From contig CAVWZG010000002.1 in assembly GCA_963759415.1 (NCBI GenBank), forward strand, positions 259,131-323,130: a stretch of 64,000 nt of DNA, given 5' to 3'. This document shows, piece after piece, positions 10,357-18,997 of this stretch. Source of the DNA: an uncultured Verrucomicrobiae bacterium (GTDB lineage Bacteria; Verrucomicrobiota; Verrucomicrobiia; Limisphaerales; Palsa-1400). The number at the start of each line of letters is the position of its first letter. The stretch's first letter is position 1. A program made the position numbers and the translations under genes. The notes beneath the pieces were generated by a model. That model was not told the origin of the DNA and searched no databases. It saw only the letters and a list, made by a program, of their open reading frames with translations.

Positions 10357-13300
10357 ATCCATACTGACACTCACCGGCGGATCAATCACGGTCAACGTCG
10401 CCGGACTGCTGGGGACGTTTCCGGCAAGATTGCTGATCTGCACCGTGTAAGAAGCAACATCCGAATCGGAAACATCGGCAATCGTCAGGGTCGCGTTAGT
10501 CGCACCGGAGATGTTTCCGCCATCACTCAACTGGGAGTTACCTTTAAACCATTGGTAACCCAGCGGCGCCGGACTGGAAGCAACCACTGTGAAGCTGGCG
10601 GTTGTGCCGGCGTTGTTGGTCCGGCTTGCAGGCTGGCTGGTTATCTGCGGCAAAGCAATGACCGCCACGTTAAATGAGTTGGTCGAACTGTTGCCATGAA
10701 GGTCGATCGCCACCACGGTCACGTTGTTCGTGCCAACTGGGAATTGGCTGCCAGACGATGGATTGGCCGTCACGCTTTGCACCCCACAGTTATCCACCGC
10801 GCCAATGGAAAAGGCCACGGTTGCATATTGCTGACCGGCGTCAACCCCCTGGACGATATCGAGTGCATTTGTAATGACCGGCGGCTGCGTGTCATTGACG
10901 GTCACGTTGAACGTGTTGGTCGCCGCGTTCCCGTGAATGTCCGTCACCACCACCGTCACCGGCGTGGTGCCCACGACGAATGTGCTGCCCGAGACCGGTG
11001 TCGCCACCTGCCCGGCCACGCCGCAATTGTCCGTCTGCTCCGGCAAGGTGAAACTCACCACCGCGCCGCATTGGCCTGCATCGTTCGCCTGCACAATGTC
11101 CAACGGCACGTTCGCGCTCGGCGGGGTGACATCCGCCACCACGATAGTATTGGTCGAGAAGTTGGTGTTGCCTGCTTGATCGGCCAGCGCAAGAACCACT
11201 TCGTTGCTGCCCCAGGGCAACGACGCCCCGTTGGTCGGCATCTGCGTGATGAACAAGTTGGTCCCGCTGCAATTGTCGAAGGCCTGAATGTAGTTGGTCC
11301 CCGTCACGTCCGGCATCAAAGCCTCGCAGTTGGCGCCAGCGTCCACCACCAAATTGGTAAAGCTCCAACTAATCACCGGCGCTTCCGTGTCTTGAACCGT
11401 CACGCTGAACGAGTTGGTCGCCTTGTTCCCGTGTATGTCCGTCACCACCACCGTTACCGGCGTGGCGCCGACCGAAAATGTGCTGCCCGAGGCTGGCGTC
11501 GCCACGGTGGTTGCCACTCCGCAATTGTCCGTCTGCGCCGGCAAGGTGAAGCTCACCACTGCGCCGCATTGGCCCGCATCGTTGGTCGTCACTATGTCCG
11601 ACGGCACGTTCGCGCTCGGCTTTTCCGTGTCGTTAACGGTCACGTTGAACGTGTTGGTCGCCTTGTTCCCGTGTATATCCGTCACCACCACCGTCACCGG
11701 CGTGGCGCCCACGACGAATGTGCTGCCCGAGACCGGCGTCGCCACCGTGGTTGCCACTCCGCAGTTGTCCGTCTGCGCCGGCAAGGTGAAGCTCACCACC
11801 GCGCCGCATTGGCCCGCATCGTTGGTCGTCACTATGTTCGCCGGCACGTTCGCGCTCGGCTTTTCCGTGTCGTTGACCGTCACGTTGAACGTGTTGGTCG
11901 CCGCGTTCCCGTGAATGTCCGTCACCACCACCGTCACCGGCGTGGCGCCCACCACGAATGTGCTGCCCGAGGCCGGTGTCGCCACCTGCCCGGCCACGCC
12001 GCAATTGTCCGTCTGCTCCGGCAAGGTGAAGCTCACCACCGCGCCGCACTGGCCCGCATCGTTGGTCGTCACTATGTCCGACGGCACGTTCGCGCTCGGC
12101 TTTTCCGTGTCGTTAACGGTCACGTTGAACGTGTTGGTCGCAGTGGTCCCGTGTATGTCCGTCACCACCACCGTCACCAGCGTGGCGCCCACCACGAATG
12201 TGCTGTCCGAGGCCGGCGTCGCCACCTGCCCGGCCACGCCGCAATTGTCCGTCTGCTCCGGCAAGGTGAAGCTCACCACCGCGCCGCATTGGCCCGCATC
12301 GTTGGTCGTCACTATGTCCGACGGCACGTTCGCGCTCGGCGGGGGATCCGCCACCACGATGCTGTTGGTCGAGTAGTTGGTGTTGCCTGCCTGATCGGCC
12401 ACCGCAAGAACCACTTCATTGGTGCCCCAAGGCAACGACGCCCCGTTGGTCGGCATCTGCGTGATGAACAAGTTGGTCCCGCTGCAATTGTCAAAAGCCT
12501 GAATGTAATTGGTTCCCGTCACGTCCGGCATCAACGTCTGGCAGTTGGCGCCAGCGTCCAGCACCAGATTGGTGAAGCTCCAACTAATCACCGGCGTTTC
12601 CGTGTCGTTGACCGTCACGCTGAACGTGTTGGTCGCTTTGTTCCCGTGTATGTCCGTCACCACAACCGTCACCGTTGTGGCGCCGACCGAAAATGTGCTG
12701 GCCGAGGCTGGCGTCGCCACTGTCGTTGCCACTCCGCAATTGTCCGTCTGCGCCGGCAATGTGAAGCTCACCACGGCGCTGCATTGGCCCGCATCGTTGG
12801 TCGTCACTATGTTCGCCGGCACGTTCGCGCTCGGCGATTGCGTATCATTGACGGTCACCGTGAAGGTGGTGATGGTGGCGTTCCCGCTGGTATCGGTTGC
12901 GATGTTCGTGACGGTGCTGCTTCCCACCTCGAAGGTGGAACCGCTCGGCGGGATTGAAACCACGCTGGCCAGGACGCAATTATCGCTGGCAATCACCGTC
13001 CACGTCACATTGCTTTTGCTGCACGTGCCCAAATCGGCGCTGAGAGTCAAATTAGGCAATGGAGTAACCACCGGCGGAATGGTGTCGCTCACAGTGATTG
13101 TCTGGCTCGCGATGCTTTGCGCGCTACAAGCATCCGTCACGGTGTATGTCCGCGTGATGACTCCGCTTCCAATGGTAATGTTCGTGTTGTCAGAGTACGA
13201 GACAGTGGCCGTGCCGGCCGAGTAATAGCCGCCTAGGGCATAGAGACCGGCCAGATCGGTTGCCCCCACGGGCACGTCGGAAGCGCAAACCACCGTGACG

Positions 13301-16300
13301 TTGGTTGGAGCCGAGAACACCTCCGGGCTTTGGGAATAAACCAACGCTGCGTTCGGGTCATAGAAAGCGGCGGGAATATTATCTCCCGCCGCCGCTCCAA
13401 AGTTGTCATGGTTAGCCAACACCGCCGGGGTGCTGCCACTGTTGAGGTTCAGAATGGCCCACGGCGTCGCGTCATCAAAGCCGTAACCCGACAGGTTGTT
13501 GCCGCCGGAACTGATGCCCAAACCGGTGACATCCACGCCGCTGCAATTGCCCGCGTCCACGATGGCATTATTGGTCAGACTGATGGCCGCCGTGGTATTG
13601 CCCGTCAAGTCATTGTTTTCAAGACGCGCAACGCCCGCATCCACGGAAACGCCGAAGCTGTTGCCGGTGATCGAGCTTATGTTGTCGTGGATGTTGGCCG
13701 ACGCATCGCTCCCGACGACGTAAATGGCCGTAGTGGAAGCGCTGACCGCCGTGTTACCGCAGATTTGCATTTTGGTCGTAATCGACCCAGAGTTGGCGCC
13801 TTCCACCAACACGCCGACGCCAGCGCCGGAGATGGTTGCCGCGCTGACGTTAGCCACCGAGCTTCCGGCGGCAGCGCCAAAGTTTTCATCGTCGTAACTC
13901 AAGGACAAGCCAATGAGGGCATTGCTGATCGCACCGCCAGACACCGTCGTCGCGGCGGCGGTTGGCAGGTTCCAAAGAACGATGCCGCGGGCGAGCTGGC
14001 CGCCGGATGTCCCGACAATGTTGTTGGTCAGATTGGCGGTTGTGCCGCCTCGCAGGCTGGAAAGATAAATACCGTAGGTATAGTCGTCGGTTCCGGTCAC
14101 GCCCGCAGCGGCATTAACCGTGTTGTCGTGGATGTTGATCGCCGCGGCCGAGGCATAAAAGAGATTGACCCAAATGCCGCCAAAGGCATCCTGACAAACC
14201 GTCACCGTATTGTGCGACCAGTCGAGCGTCTTGGGGGTCGCGCCGCTGCTGGAAAAGTCCTGCAGCCAGATCCCGGCCTCACTACCAACTGCCATGCTGA
14301 CGGTGTTGGATGTGACGTCGCTATAGGCGTTGTAAGCCAGCAATACACCAACCACACCGAAATTACCGACGACATTTCCAGTGATGAGGCTTCCCGAAGT
14401 CGCTGCCGAAACAGCGGTGGGGTTGGAAAGTTCGACGCCGCGATCAGCATAATTCTGGATGATGTTGTTTTTGATCACCGCGCTGTTGGCCGAGAAAAGA
14501 TTGCCGCTGGCGTCTTCAGTTTCGATCGCCCGCCGCGTATCCGTGTTGATACCGCCGACTACAACCGCGCTGTCTTGGGGCAAACTGGGGTTGTTCCCGT
14601 CCAGGACGAAGCCGTCGATCGTGACATTACCCGCCATGATATGCACCGAGTCGTTGGCCCCGCCCGCCGGGTCGGCCGCCGCGGCGGTGATGACACTCTC
14701 AACCGACGGATCAGCTTTCGGTCCGTTAATACCCGCCGTGAACGCGGCGAATCGCGTGTTGGCGTTCTGGCCGGACTGAGCGCCCAAAAGCGTCACGGAC
14801 TGGCTGACGAGGAGAACTTCCGGATATGTCCCCGGCGCCACGGTGACCGTGCCGTCGATTGCCACGCGATTGATGCCAGCCTGGATGGTGGAGAAAGCGT
14901 CGCACCCGATGTAATGGTCGGCCCCGCTTCCGCCATTGGGGAACTTCACAACTGTGCCGGACGGCAAACCGTTATAATCGTCGTCAACATACGTGGCCGC
15001 CGGCGCCGGACGCGTGTCTATAATGGTCAGGACAACATTGGTCGAAACTGAATTGCCGTTCTTGTCGGTCACAGTAACGATGACGTTGTTTGTTCCAAGG
15101 CTCACCAGCGTGCCGACCGCCGGATTCTGGGTGATGTTAACAGTGACGCAGTTGTCAGTCGCAACCACGGCCGTTGTCAAATTAGGAACAGCCACATTGC
15201 ATTGTCCACCTACGTCCAATGTCTGATCCGACGGCCACGCTGTCACCACCGGTGGGTGCGTGTCGTTGACCGTCACCGTGAAGGTGTTGGTCGCCTTGTT
15301 CCCATGAATGTCCGTCACCACCACCGTGACCGTATTCGTCCCCACTGGGAAGGTGCTGCCATCGGTGGGCGTCGCCACGGTGCTGGCCACGCCGCAGTTG
15401 TCCGTTTGAGCCGGCAACGTGAAGCCCACCACTGCGCTGCATTGGCCCGGATCGTTCTCCTGCACAATGTTCGCCGGTACGTTCGCGCTCGGCTTTTCCA
15501 CATCGTTGACCGTCACGGTGAAGGTGTTGGTCGCCCTGTTCCCGTGAATGTCCGCCACCACCACCGTCACCGGCGTGGTGCCGACCGAAAATGTGCTGTC
15601 TGAAGCCGGCGTCGCCACGGTGGTTGCCACCCCGCAGTTGTCCGTCTGATCCGGCAACGTGAAGCTCACCACCGCGCCGCATTGGCCCGCATCGTTGGTC
15701 GTCACAATGTTCGCCGGCACGTTCGCGCTCGGCTTTTCCGTGTCGTTGACCGTCACGCTGAACGTGTTGGTCGCCGCGTTGCCGTGAATGTCCGTCACCA
15801 CCACCGTCACCGGCGTGGTACCGACCAAAAATGTGCTGCCCGAGGCCGGCGCCGCCACGGTGCTGGCCACGCCGCAGTTGTCCGTCTGATCCGGCAACGT
15901 GAAGTTCACCACCGCGCCGCATTGACCCACATCGTTGGTCGTCACTATGTTCGCCAGCACGTTCGCGCTCGGCTTTTCCGTGTCGTTGACCGTCACCGTG
16001 AAGGTGTTGGTCGCCGCGCTCCCGTGAATGTCCGTCACCACCACCATGACAATATTCGTCCCCACTGGGAAGGTGCTGCCGTTAGTGGGTGTCGCCACGG
16101 TGCTGGCCACGCCGCAGTTGTCCGTCTGATCCGGCAACGTGAAGCTCACCACTGCGCCGCATTGACCCGCATCGTTGGTCGTCACTATGTTCGCCGGCAC
16201 GTTCGCGCTCGGCTTTTCCGCGTCGTTGACCGTCACGGTGAAGGTGTTGGTCGCCCTGTTCCCGTGAATGTCCGCCACCACCACCGTCACCGGCGTGGTG

Positions 16301-18654
16301 CCGACCGAAAATGTGCTGTCTGAAGCCGGCGTCGCCACGGTGGTTGCCACCCCGCAGTTGTCCGTCTGATCCGGCAACGTGAAGCTCACCACCGCGCCGC
16401 ATTGGCCCGCATCGTTGGTCGTCACAATGTTCGCCGGCACGTTCACGCTCGGCTTTTCCGTGTCGTTGACCGTCACGCTGAACGTGTTGGTCGCCGCGTT
16501 GCCGTGAATGTCCGTCACCACCACCGTCACCGGCGTGGTGCCCACCACGAATGTGCTGCCCGAGGCCGGTGTCGCCACCTGTCCGGCCACCCCGCAGTTG
16601 TCCGTCTGCGCCGGCAACGTGAAGCTCACCACCGCGCTGCATTGGCCCATATCGTTGGTCGTCACTATGTTCGCTGGCACATTCGCGCTCGGCGGCTGCG
16701 CGTCGTTGACCGTCACGGTGAAACTGCACGCGGCCGTGTCGCCTACGAGGTCCGTGGCGGTGGCGTTGACGATGGTTGTTCCGTATGGGAACACCCATGG
16801 CGAAGTAATGGTGACGCCGTTGGTTTGATATGAAATCGTTACTGGCTCCACATTCGCGTAATTGGTCGCAGCCGCCGCGAATGAAACCGTGGCGCTGCAA
16901 TCATTGAGGTCGTTTCCTTGCACAATCGGCGCAGGACAACTGATAACCGGCGCCGGGTCGAATTCCAGAACCATATTGACGCCGGAAACCAAAAGTCGAA
17001 AACTCCCGCCGCCAAGCGAGGATTCAAACGAGGCGGCATTGATGGTGAATTTGGACGGATCAAATCCAGTAATGCCATTGGCGGCGCTGGCAATGATCCA
17101 GTCATATTGCTGGGTATTATCAAAATTGCCGGGAACGCCTGACTGATAAGAGTTTGGATCCAAAGAAACGATGGAAATGGTGAACTTCTGAATGGAGGTG
17201 GCGTTGTTTGTCAAACCACCGCTGATATTCAAAAGACCGTTGGCAGAAGGATTGGCAGCGTCGGCAATTTCCCAGACATAACTGCCGCCTCCGTTCCAAG
17301 TTTGGGATCCGGAAGAAAATGTCCCGTTGGGATCAATGGCGCCGGAGAGCGTAATGCCTCCCGGGGCACTGCCGTTGCCAGCCAGGGCGGCCCCCGCGTT
17401 AACGGTAACCAAGCCATTGCCTGCGTTGGCAGGATCGTCAACCTCCAATGTGCCCGCAGCAACCAGCGTGTTGTTATAATTGTTGGGATAACCAGTCAAA
17501 TCCACCGTGCCCGCATCGGTTATGGTGAGATTGGGGGTCCCGCTGCTATTGACCGGAGTGCCTAAAAACAATTCGCTGTTTGCGGCCGCGCTCATCGTGG
17601 TGTCAGAGTTCAAGGTTATTGATCCCCCAAAATAATTTTGGCCGGTCAGACTTCGAAATGCACCGTTGTTGCCGACGCCCGCGCCATTGAGCGTCACCAA
17701 CTTAGCAGTCGAATAACTGACCCCGCCGTCCAATGCCAAAGTGGCGCCACTGTTGACCAAGGCGCCGTTCCCGGTCGCGCCAAGGGCGCCATCCGCCGCG
17801 ACGACCACGGTTCCTTGCTTGACGGTAAAGGCGCCCGAAAAAGTATTCGCCACGGATCCGCCCAATACAAGTGTGCCGGGCCCATTGGCCGACCACGCAT
17901 GCACGCCACTGATAACGCCGCTCAAGGCGAGCGTGTTGTTCGCCAGCGGGTCAATCTCGATCGTGGCGGAACTTGAATTGCCCACTGAAACGTTATTGCC
18001 AATGTTAATCGAAGCATTTGAGCTGGTCAGCGCCGCCGTGTTGGCGCCACTCGGGCCGAACACGATCAATCCGGAACTGGCCGCCGAACTGTTATTGAGC
18101 GTAAGCGTGCCGGCTTGGTTGGTCAGATTGCCGGCAAAAGTGTTTGCGGCGGCCAGCACCAGTTCGCCAGAGCTTCCCTTGGTCAGGCCAACCGACCCGG
18201 AAATGACCGAGGAGATGATGCCTTTGATCCCTGAGTTGACGTTAATGGCGCCACTGCCATTTAACGTTAGAGTTCCACTGGATAACGTGGCTGCGCCGGA
18301 CTGAAAAGTTATGCCCGCGGCAGTCTGCGTCCCGCTCAAGGTGATCGTGTAGTTGCCGCTTGCGCTCGTGCCTGCGGAAAAAATAGCCGTGTCGCCGTTC
18401 GTCCAAACGACGGTTGGACCCGTGCCGGAAGAAGCGACGCTCCAATTTGGCGTCATGGTGTCCCATGTCCCGGTAGGCGCTGAACCACCCACGTCCCAAT
18501 AAAGAGAACTGCCCGGCGGGACTGCTGTCGCGGTGAACGCCGTTAGGAACGAAAGCGCCGCCGCGAACGCGAAGCCTGGAAAATGGCGCGCAGGTTTGGT
18601 TCGCGAAGAAAAAACACCACAATGGTTGGGAAGACGGTTATGAGGGGGGTTCAT
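7555..18654 (-). CDS. 3699-aa secreted surface protein: PATR beta-strand repeats, HYR repeat arrays, right-handed beta-helix, Ig stalk, C-terminal 'FYR' domain
   Basis: Signal peptide (FAFAAALSFLTAFTATA); GLTKGSSGELVLAAANTF PATR; many HYR units (GQCGAVVSF...TDNCGV...GSTFxVGxTxVTVVVTDIHGN); central pectin-lyase-like segment. Confidence 0.88.
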   Translation of the reverse strand: MNPPHNRLPNHCGVFSSRTKPARHFPGFAFAAALSFLTAFTATAVPPGSSLYWDVGGSAPTGTWDTMTPNWSVASSGTGPTVVWTNGDTAIFSAGTSASGNYTITLSGTQTAAGITFQSGAATLSSGTLTLNGSGAINVNSGIKGIISSVISGSVGLTKGSSGELVLAAANTFAGNLTNQAGTLTLNNSSAASSGLIVFGPSGANTAALTSSNASINIGNNVSVGNSSSATIEIDPLANNTLALSGVISGVHAWSANGPGTLVLGGSVANTFSGAFTVKQGTVVVAADGALGATGNGALVNSGATLALDGGVSYSTAKLVTLNGAGVGNNGAFRSLTGQNYFGGSITLNSDTTMSAAANSELFLGTPVNSSGTPNLTITDAGTVDLTGYPNNYNNTLVAAGTLEVDDPANAGNGLVTVNAGAALAGNGSAPGGITLSGAIDPNGTFSSGSQTWNGGGSYVWEIADAANPSANGLLNISGGLTNNATSIQKFTISIVSLDPNSYQSGVPGNFDNTQQYDWIIASAANGITGFDPSKFTINAASFESSLGGGSFRLLVSGVNMVLEFDPAPVISCPAPIVQGNDLNDCSATVSFAAAATNYANVEPVTISYQTNGVTITSPWVFPYGTTIVNATATDLVGDTAACSFTVTVNDAQPPSANVPANIVTTNDMGQCSAVVSFTLPAQTDNCGVAGQVATPASGSTFVVGTTPVTVVVTDIHGNAATNTFSVTVNDTEKPSVNVPANIVTTNDAGQCGAVVSFTLPDQTDNCGVATTVATPASDSTFSVGTTPVTVVVADIHGNRATNTFTVTVNDAEKPSANVPANIVTTNDAGQCGAVVSFTLPDQTDNCGVASTVATPTNGSTFPVGTNIVMVVVTDIHGSAATNTFTVTVNDTEKPSANVLANIVTTNDVGQCGAVVNFTLPDQTDNCGVASTVAAPASGSTFLVGTTPVTVVVTDIHGNAATNTFSVTVNDTEKPSANVPANIVTTNDAGQCGAVVSFTLPDQTDNCGVATTVATPASDSTFSVGTTPVTVVVADIHGNRATNTFTVTVNDVEKPSANVPANIVQENDPGQCSAVVGFTLPAQTDNCGVASTVATPTDGSTFPVGTNTVTVVVTDIHGNKATNTFTVTVNDTHPPVVTAWPSDQTLDVGGQCNVAVPNLTTAVVATDNCVTVNITQNPAVGTLVSLGTNNVIVTVTDKNGNSVSTNVVLTIIDTRPAPAATYVDDDYNGLPSGTVVKFPNGGSGADHYIGCDAFSTIQAGINRVAIDGTVTVAPGTYPEVLLVSQSVTLLGAQSGQNANTRFAAFTAGINGPKADPSVESVITAAAADPAGGANDSVHIMAGNVTIDGFVLDGNNPSLPQDSAVVVGGINTDTRRAIETEDASGNLFSANSAVIKNNIIQNYADRGVELSNPTAVSAATSGSLITGNVVGNFGVVGVLLAYNAYSDVTSNTVSMAVGSEAGIWLQDFSSSGATPKTLDWSHNTVTVCQDAFGGIWVNLFYASAAAINIHDNTVNAAAGVTGTDDYTYGIYLSSLRGGTTANLTNNIVGTSGGQLARGIVLWNLPTAAATTVSGGAISNALIGLSLSYDDENFGAAAGSSVANVSAATISGAGVGVLVEGANSGSITTKMQICGNTAVSASTTAIYVVGSDASANIHDNISSITGNSFGVSVDAGVARLENNDLTGNTTAAISLTNNAIVDAGNCSGVDVTGLGISSGGNNLSGYGFDDATPWAILNLNSGSTPAVLANHDNFGAAAGDNIPAAFYDPNAALVYSQSPEVFSAPTNVTVVCASDVPVGATDLAGLYALGGYYSAGTATVSYSDNTNITIGSGVITRTYTVTDACSAQSIASQTITVSDTIPPVVTPLPNLTLSADLGTCSKSNVTWTVIASDNCVLASVVSIPPSGSTFEVGSSTVTNIATDTSGNATITTFTVTVNDTQSPSANVPANIVTTNDAGQCSAVVSFTLPAQTDNCGVATTVATPASASTFSVGATTVTVVVTDIHGNKATNTFSVTVNDTETPVISWSFTNLVLDAGANCQTLMPDVTGTNYIQAFDNCSGTNLFITQMPTNGASLPWGTNEVVLAVADQAGNTNYSTNSIVVADPPPSANVPSDIVTTNDAGQCGAVVSFTLPEQTDNCGVAGQVATPASDSTFVVGATLVTVVVTDIHGTTATNTFNVTVNDTEKPSANVPSDIVTTNDAGQCGAVVSFTLPEQTDNCGVAGQVATPASGSTFVVGATPVTVVVTDIHGNAATNTFNVTVNDTEKPSANVPANIVTTNDAGQCGAVVSFTLPAQTDNCGVATTVATPVSGSTFVVGATPVTVVVTDIHGNKATNTFNVTVNDTEKPSANVPSDIVTTNDAGQCGAVVSFTLPAQTDNCGVATTVATPASGSTFSVGATPVTVVVTDIHGNKATNSFSVTVQDTEAPVISWSFTNLVVDAGANCEALMPDVTGTNYIQAFDNCSGTNLFITQMPTNGASLPWGSNEVVLALADQAGNTNFSTNTIVVADVTPPSANVPLDIVQANDAGQCGAVVSFTLPEQTDNCGVAGQVATPVSGSTFVVGTTPVTVVVTDIHGNAATNTFNVTVNDTQPPVITNALDIVQGVDAGQQYATVAFSIGAVDNCGVQSVTANPSSGSQFPVGTNNVTVVAIDLHGNSSTNSFNVAVIALPQITSQPASRTNNAGTTASFTVVASSPAPLGYQWFKGNSQLSDGGNISGATNATLTIADVSDSDVASYTVQISNLAGNVPSSPATLTVIDPPVSVSMDPPSQTNNATTTATFTAIVSGGTAPFSYQWTKITAAATNLLSDMGNISGSTSNVLTISNVLAADQAEYVVVATNAAGSVTTNGTLVVIDPAIFVQPVSVTNALSSTAVFSVVAVGTAPLSYQWQQDGNDLPGETGSSLTLSDISDSDAGGYAVVVSNSVGQMASATATLTITHPPVIVSQPASLTLNQGATAIFNVGINGASPFTYQWTKNGASIPGATSRQLILSSVTPADAATYELAITNADGGVLSGPATLTVVVPPAITSQPVGLTNDAGATAIFSVTVSGTSPAYQWFKMTGTATNALSDGGSISGSLSNVLTLSNNLGADDGYYMLVASNQAGVASSSNAVLLVIDPIITNEPASLTVNVGNPASFSVGAYGTAPQYQWYSNGVAISGATTSTYAIGSAGPSDATGYTVVVSNQYGMVTSTPSATLTVIVPPVITGQPQSRTNNAGTTATFSVTATGSAATFQWYQGVLPISGATAASLVLTNVQDADAGSYSVVLSNASATATSDPASLTVIDGPVITGQPQNQTNNASTTATFAVTNTGTAPFSYQWYKMTVTATNALTNGGNISGSTSNVLTVASVLAADEGSYAVTISNPAGTVESSNALLVVQDPAILVQPVGVTNMEGGTVTFSVSAAGTPALSYQWYQDGAPLYGDTNGSLALTNITDSDAGSYTVVVSNSISSVTSAPALLVTVAPLIFTQPASLTILQGRSANFAVGVNGATPFSYQWLLNGTNILGATNRILSLSNVSTNNGGNYQVVVVNPTATETSKVATLTVAVLPAITVQPANVTALVGQTVNFGVAATGGALYYQWHLSDTNLPSATNSTLTLNNVSTNSAGTYSVTVTNIAGTAVSSNVTLSVYASAVPVLTIVSYANSQLTVTLTGVPTLNYSIQASSNLFNWTSLVTNASPFTFTDTNASSHKFYRGCYQ
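10880..12870. repeat. HYR-domain tandem array with 240-bp period plus a duplicated variant unit (PVISWSFTNL...)
   Basis: gttcgcgctcggc recurs at ~11608, 11848, 12088 and 12328, also ~11110 and ~12823; the variant unit is at ~11130-11390 and ~12340-12600. Confidence 0.9.
15253..16700. repeat. HYR-domain tandem array, six ~240-bp units
   Basis: (g/a)ttc(g/a)cgctcggc at 15481, 15721, 15961, 16201, 16441 and 16681; 15541-15600 is identical to 16261-16320 (720-bp higher-order repeat). Confidence 0.92.
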
Positions 18655-18997
18655 AATTGTTTGTTTGGCGCGATAAATTGTTCGATCCTAGATCAAGATT
18701 GCCTTACCATGACAAGCCAAGATATTTTTTGCAAGCTTTTTTTGACAAAATTTAGATAGTCAACATCCGGGTGCGTAAATTGCAGAGCATCAACGTGTTA
18801 TAAATAAATCCCTGCCTGTCTCTCCTTCCACATCCTGTGTAACCCATACAATATCAACCGCTTATGAATATTGATAAGTTTTCTTTGTTTGTCAGTTCAG
18901 TTGTTATTATCCACTTGACCTCCGCCCCCGGTGTCGCCAAGAGAATGAGCGCCGACCCCGGGTGGCTTGGCGGGTTCGGACCTCTTTCGGCTTATGG

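Noticed and set aside
10880-16700. Regular repeats considered as a CRISPR array or DGR template/variable repeat pair
   Set aside because: The units are in-frame 240-bp coding domains with no unique spacers; differences are not adenine-specific and no cas or reverse transcriptase gene is present
1020-16900. Long Arg/His-rich ORFs such as 1020..3044, 10696..12957 and 13330..15051
   Set aside because: They are antisense or alternate-frame shadows of GC-rich Thr/Val repeat genes
18839-18865. gtaacccatacaatatcaaccgcttat as a dif/Xer-like site
   Set aside because: The arms are too degenerate, it is single-copy, and no recombinase is nearby
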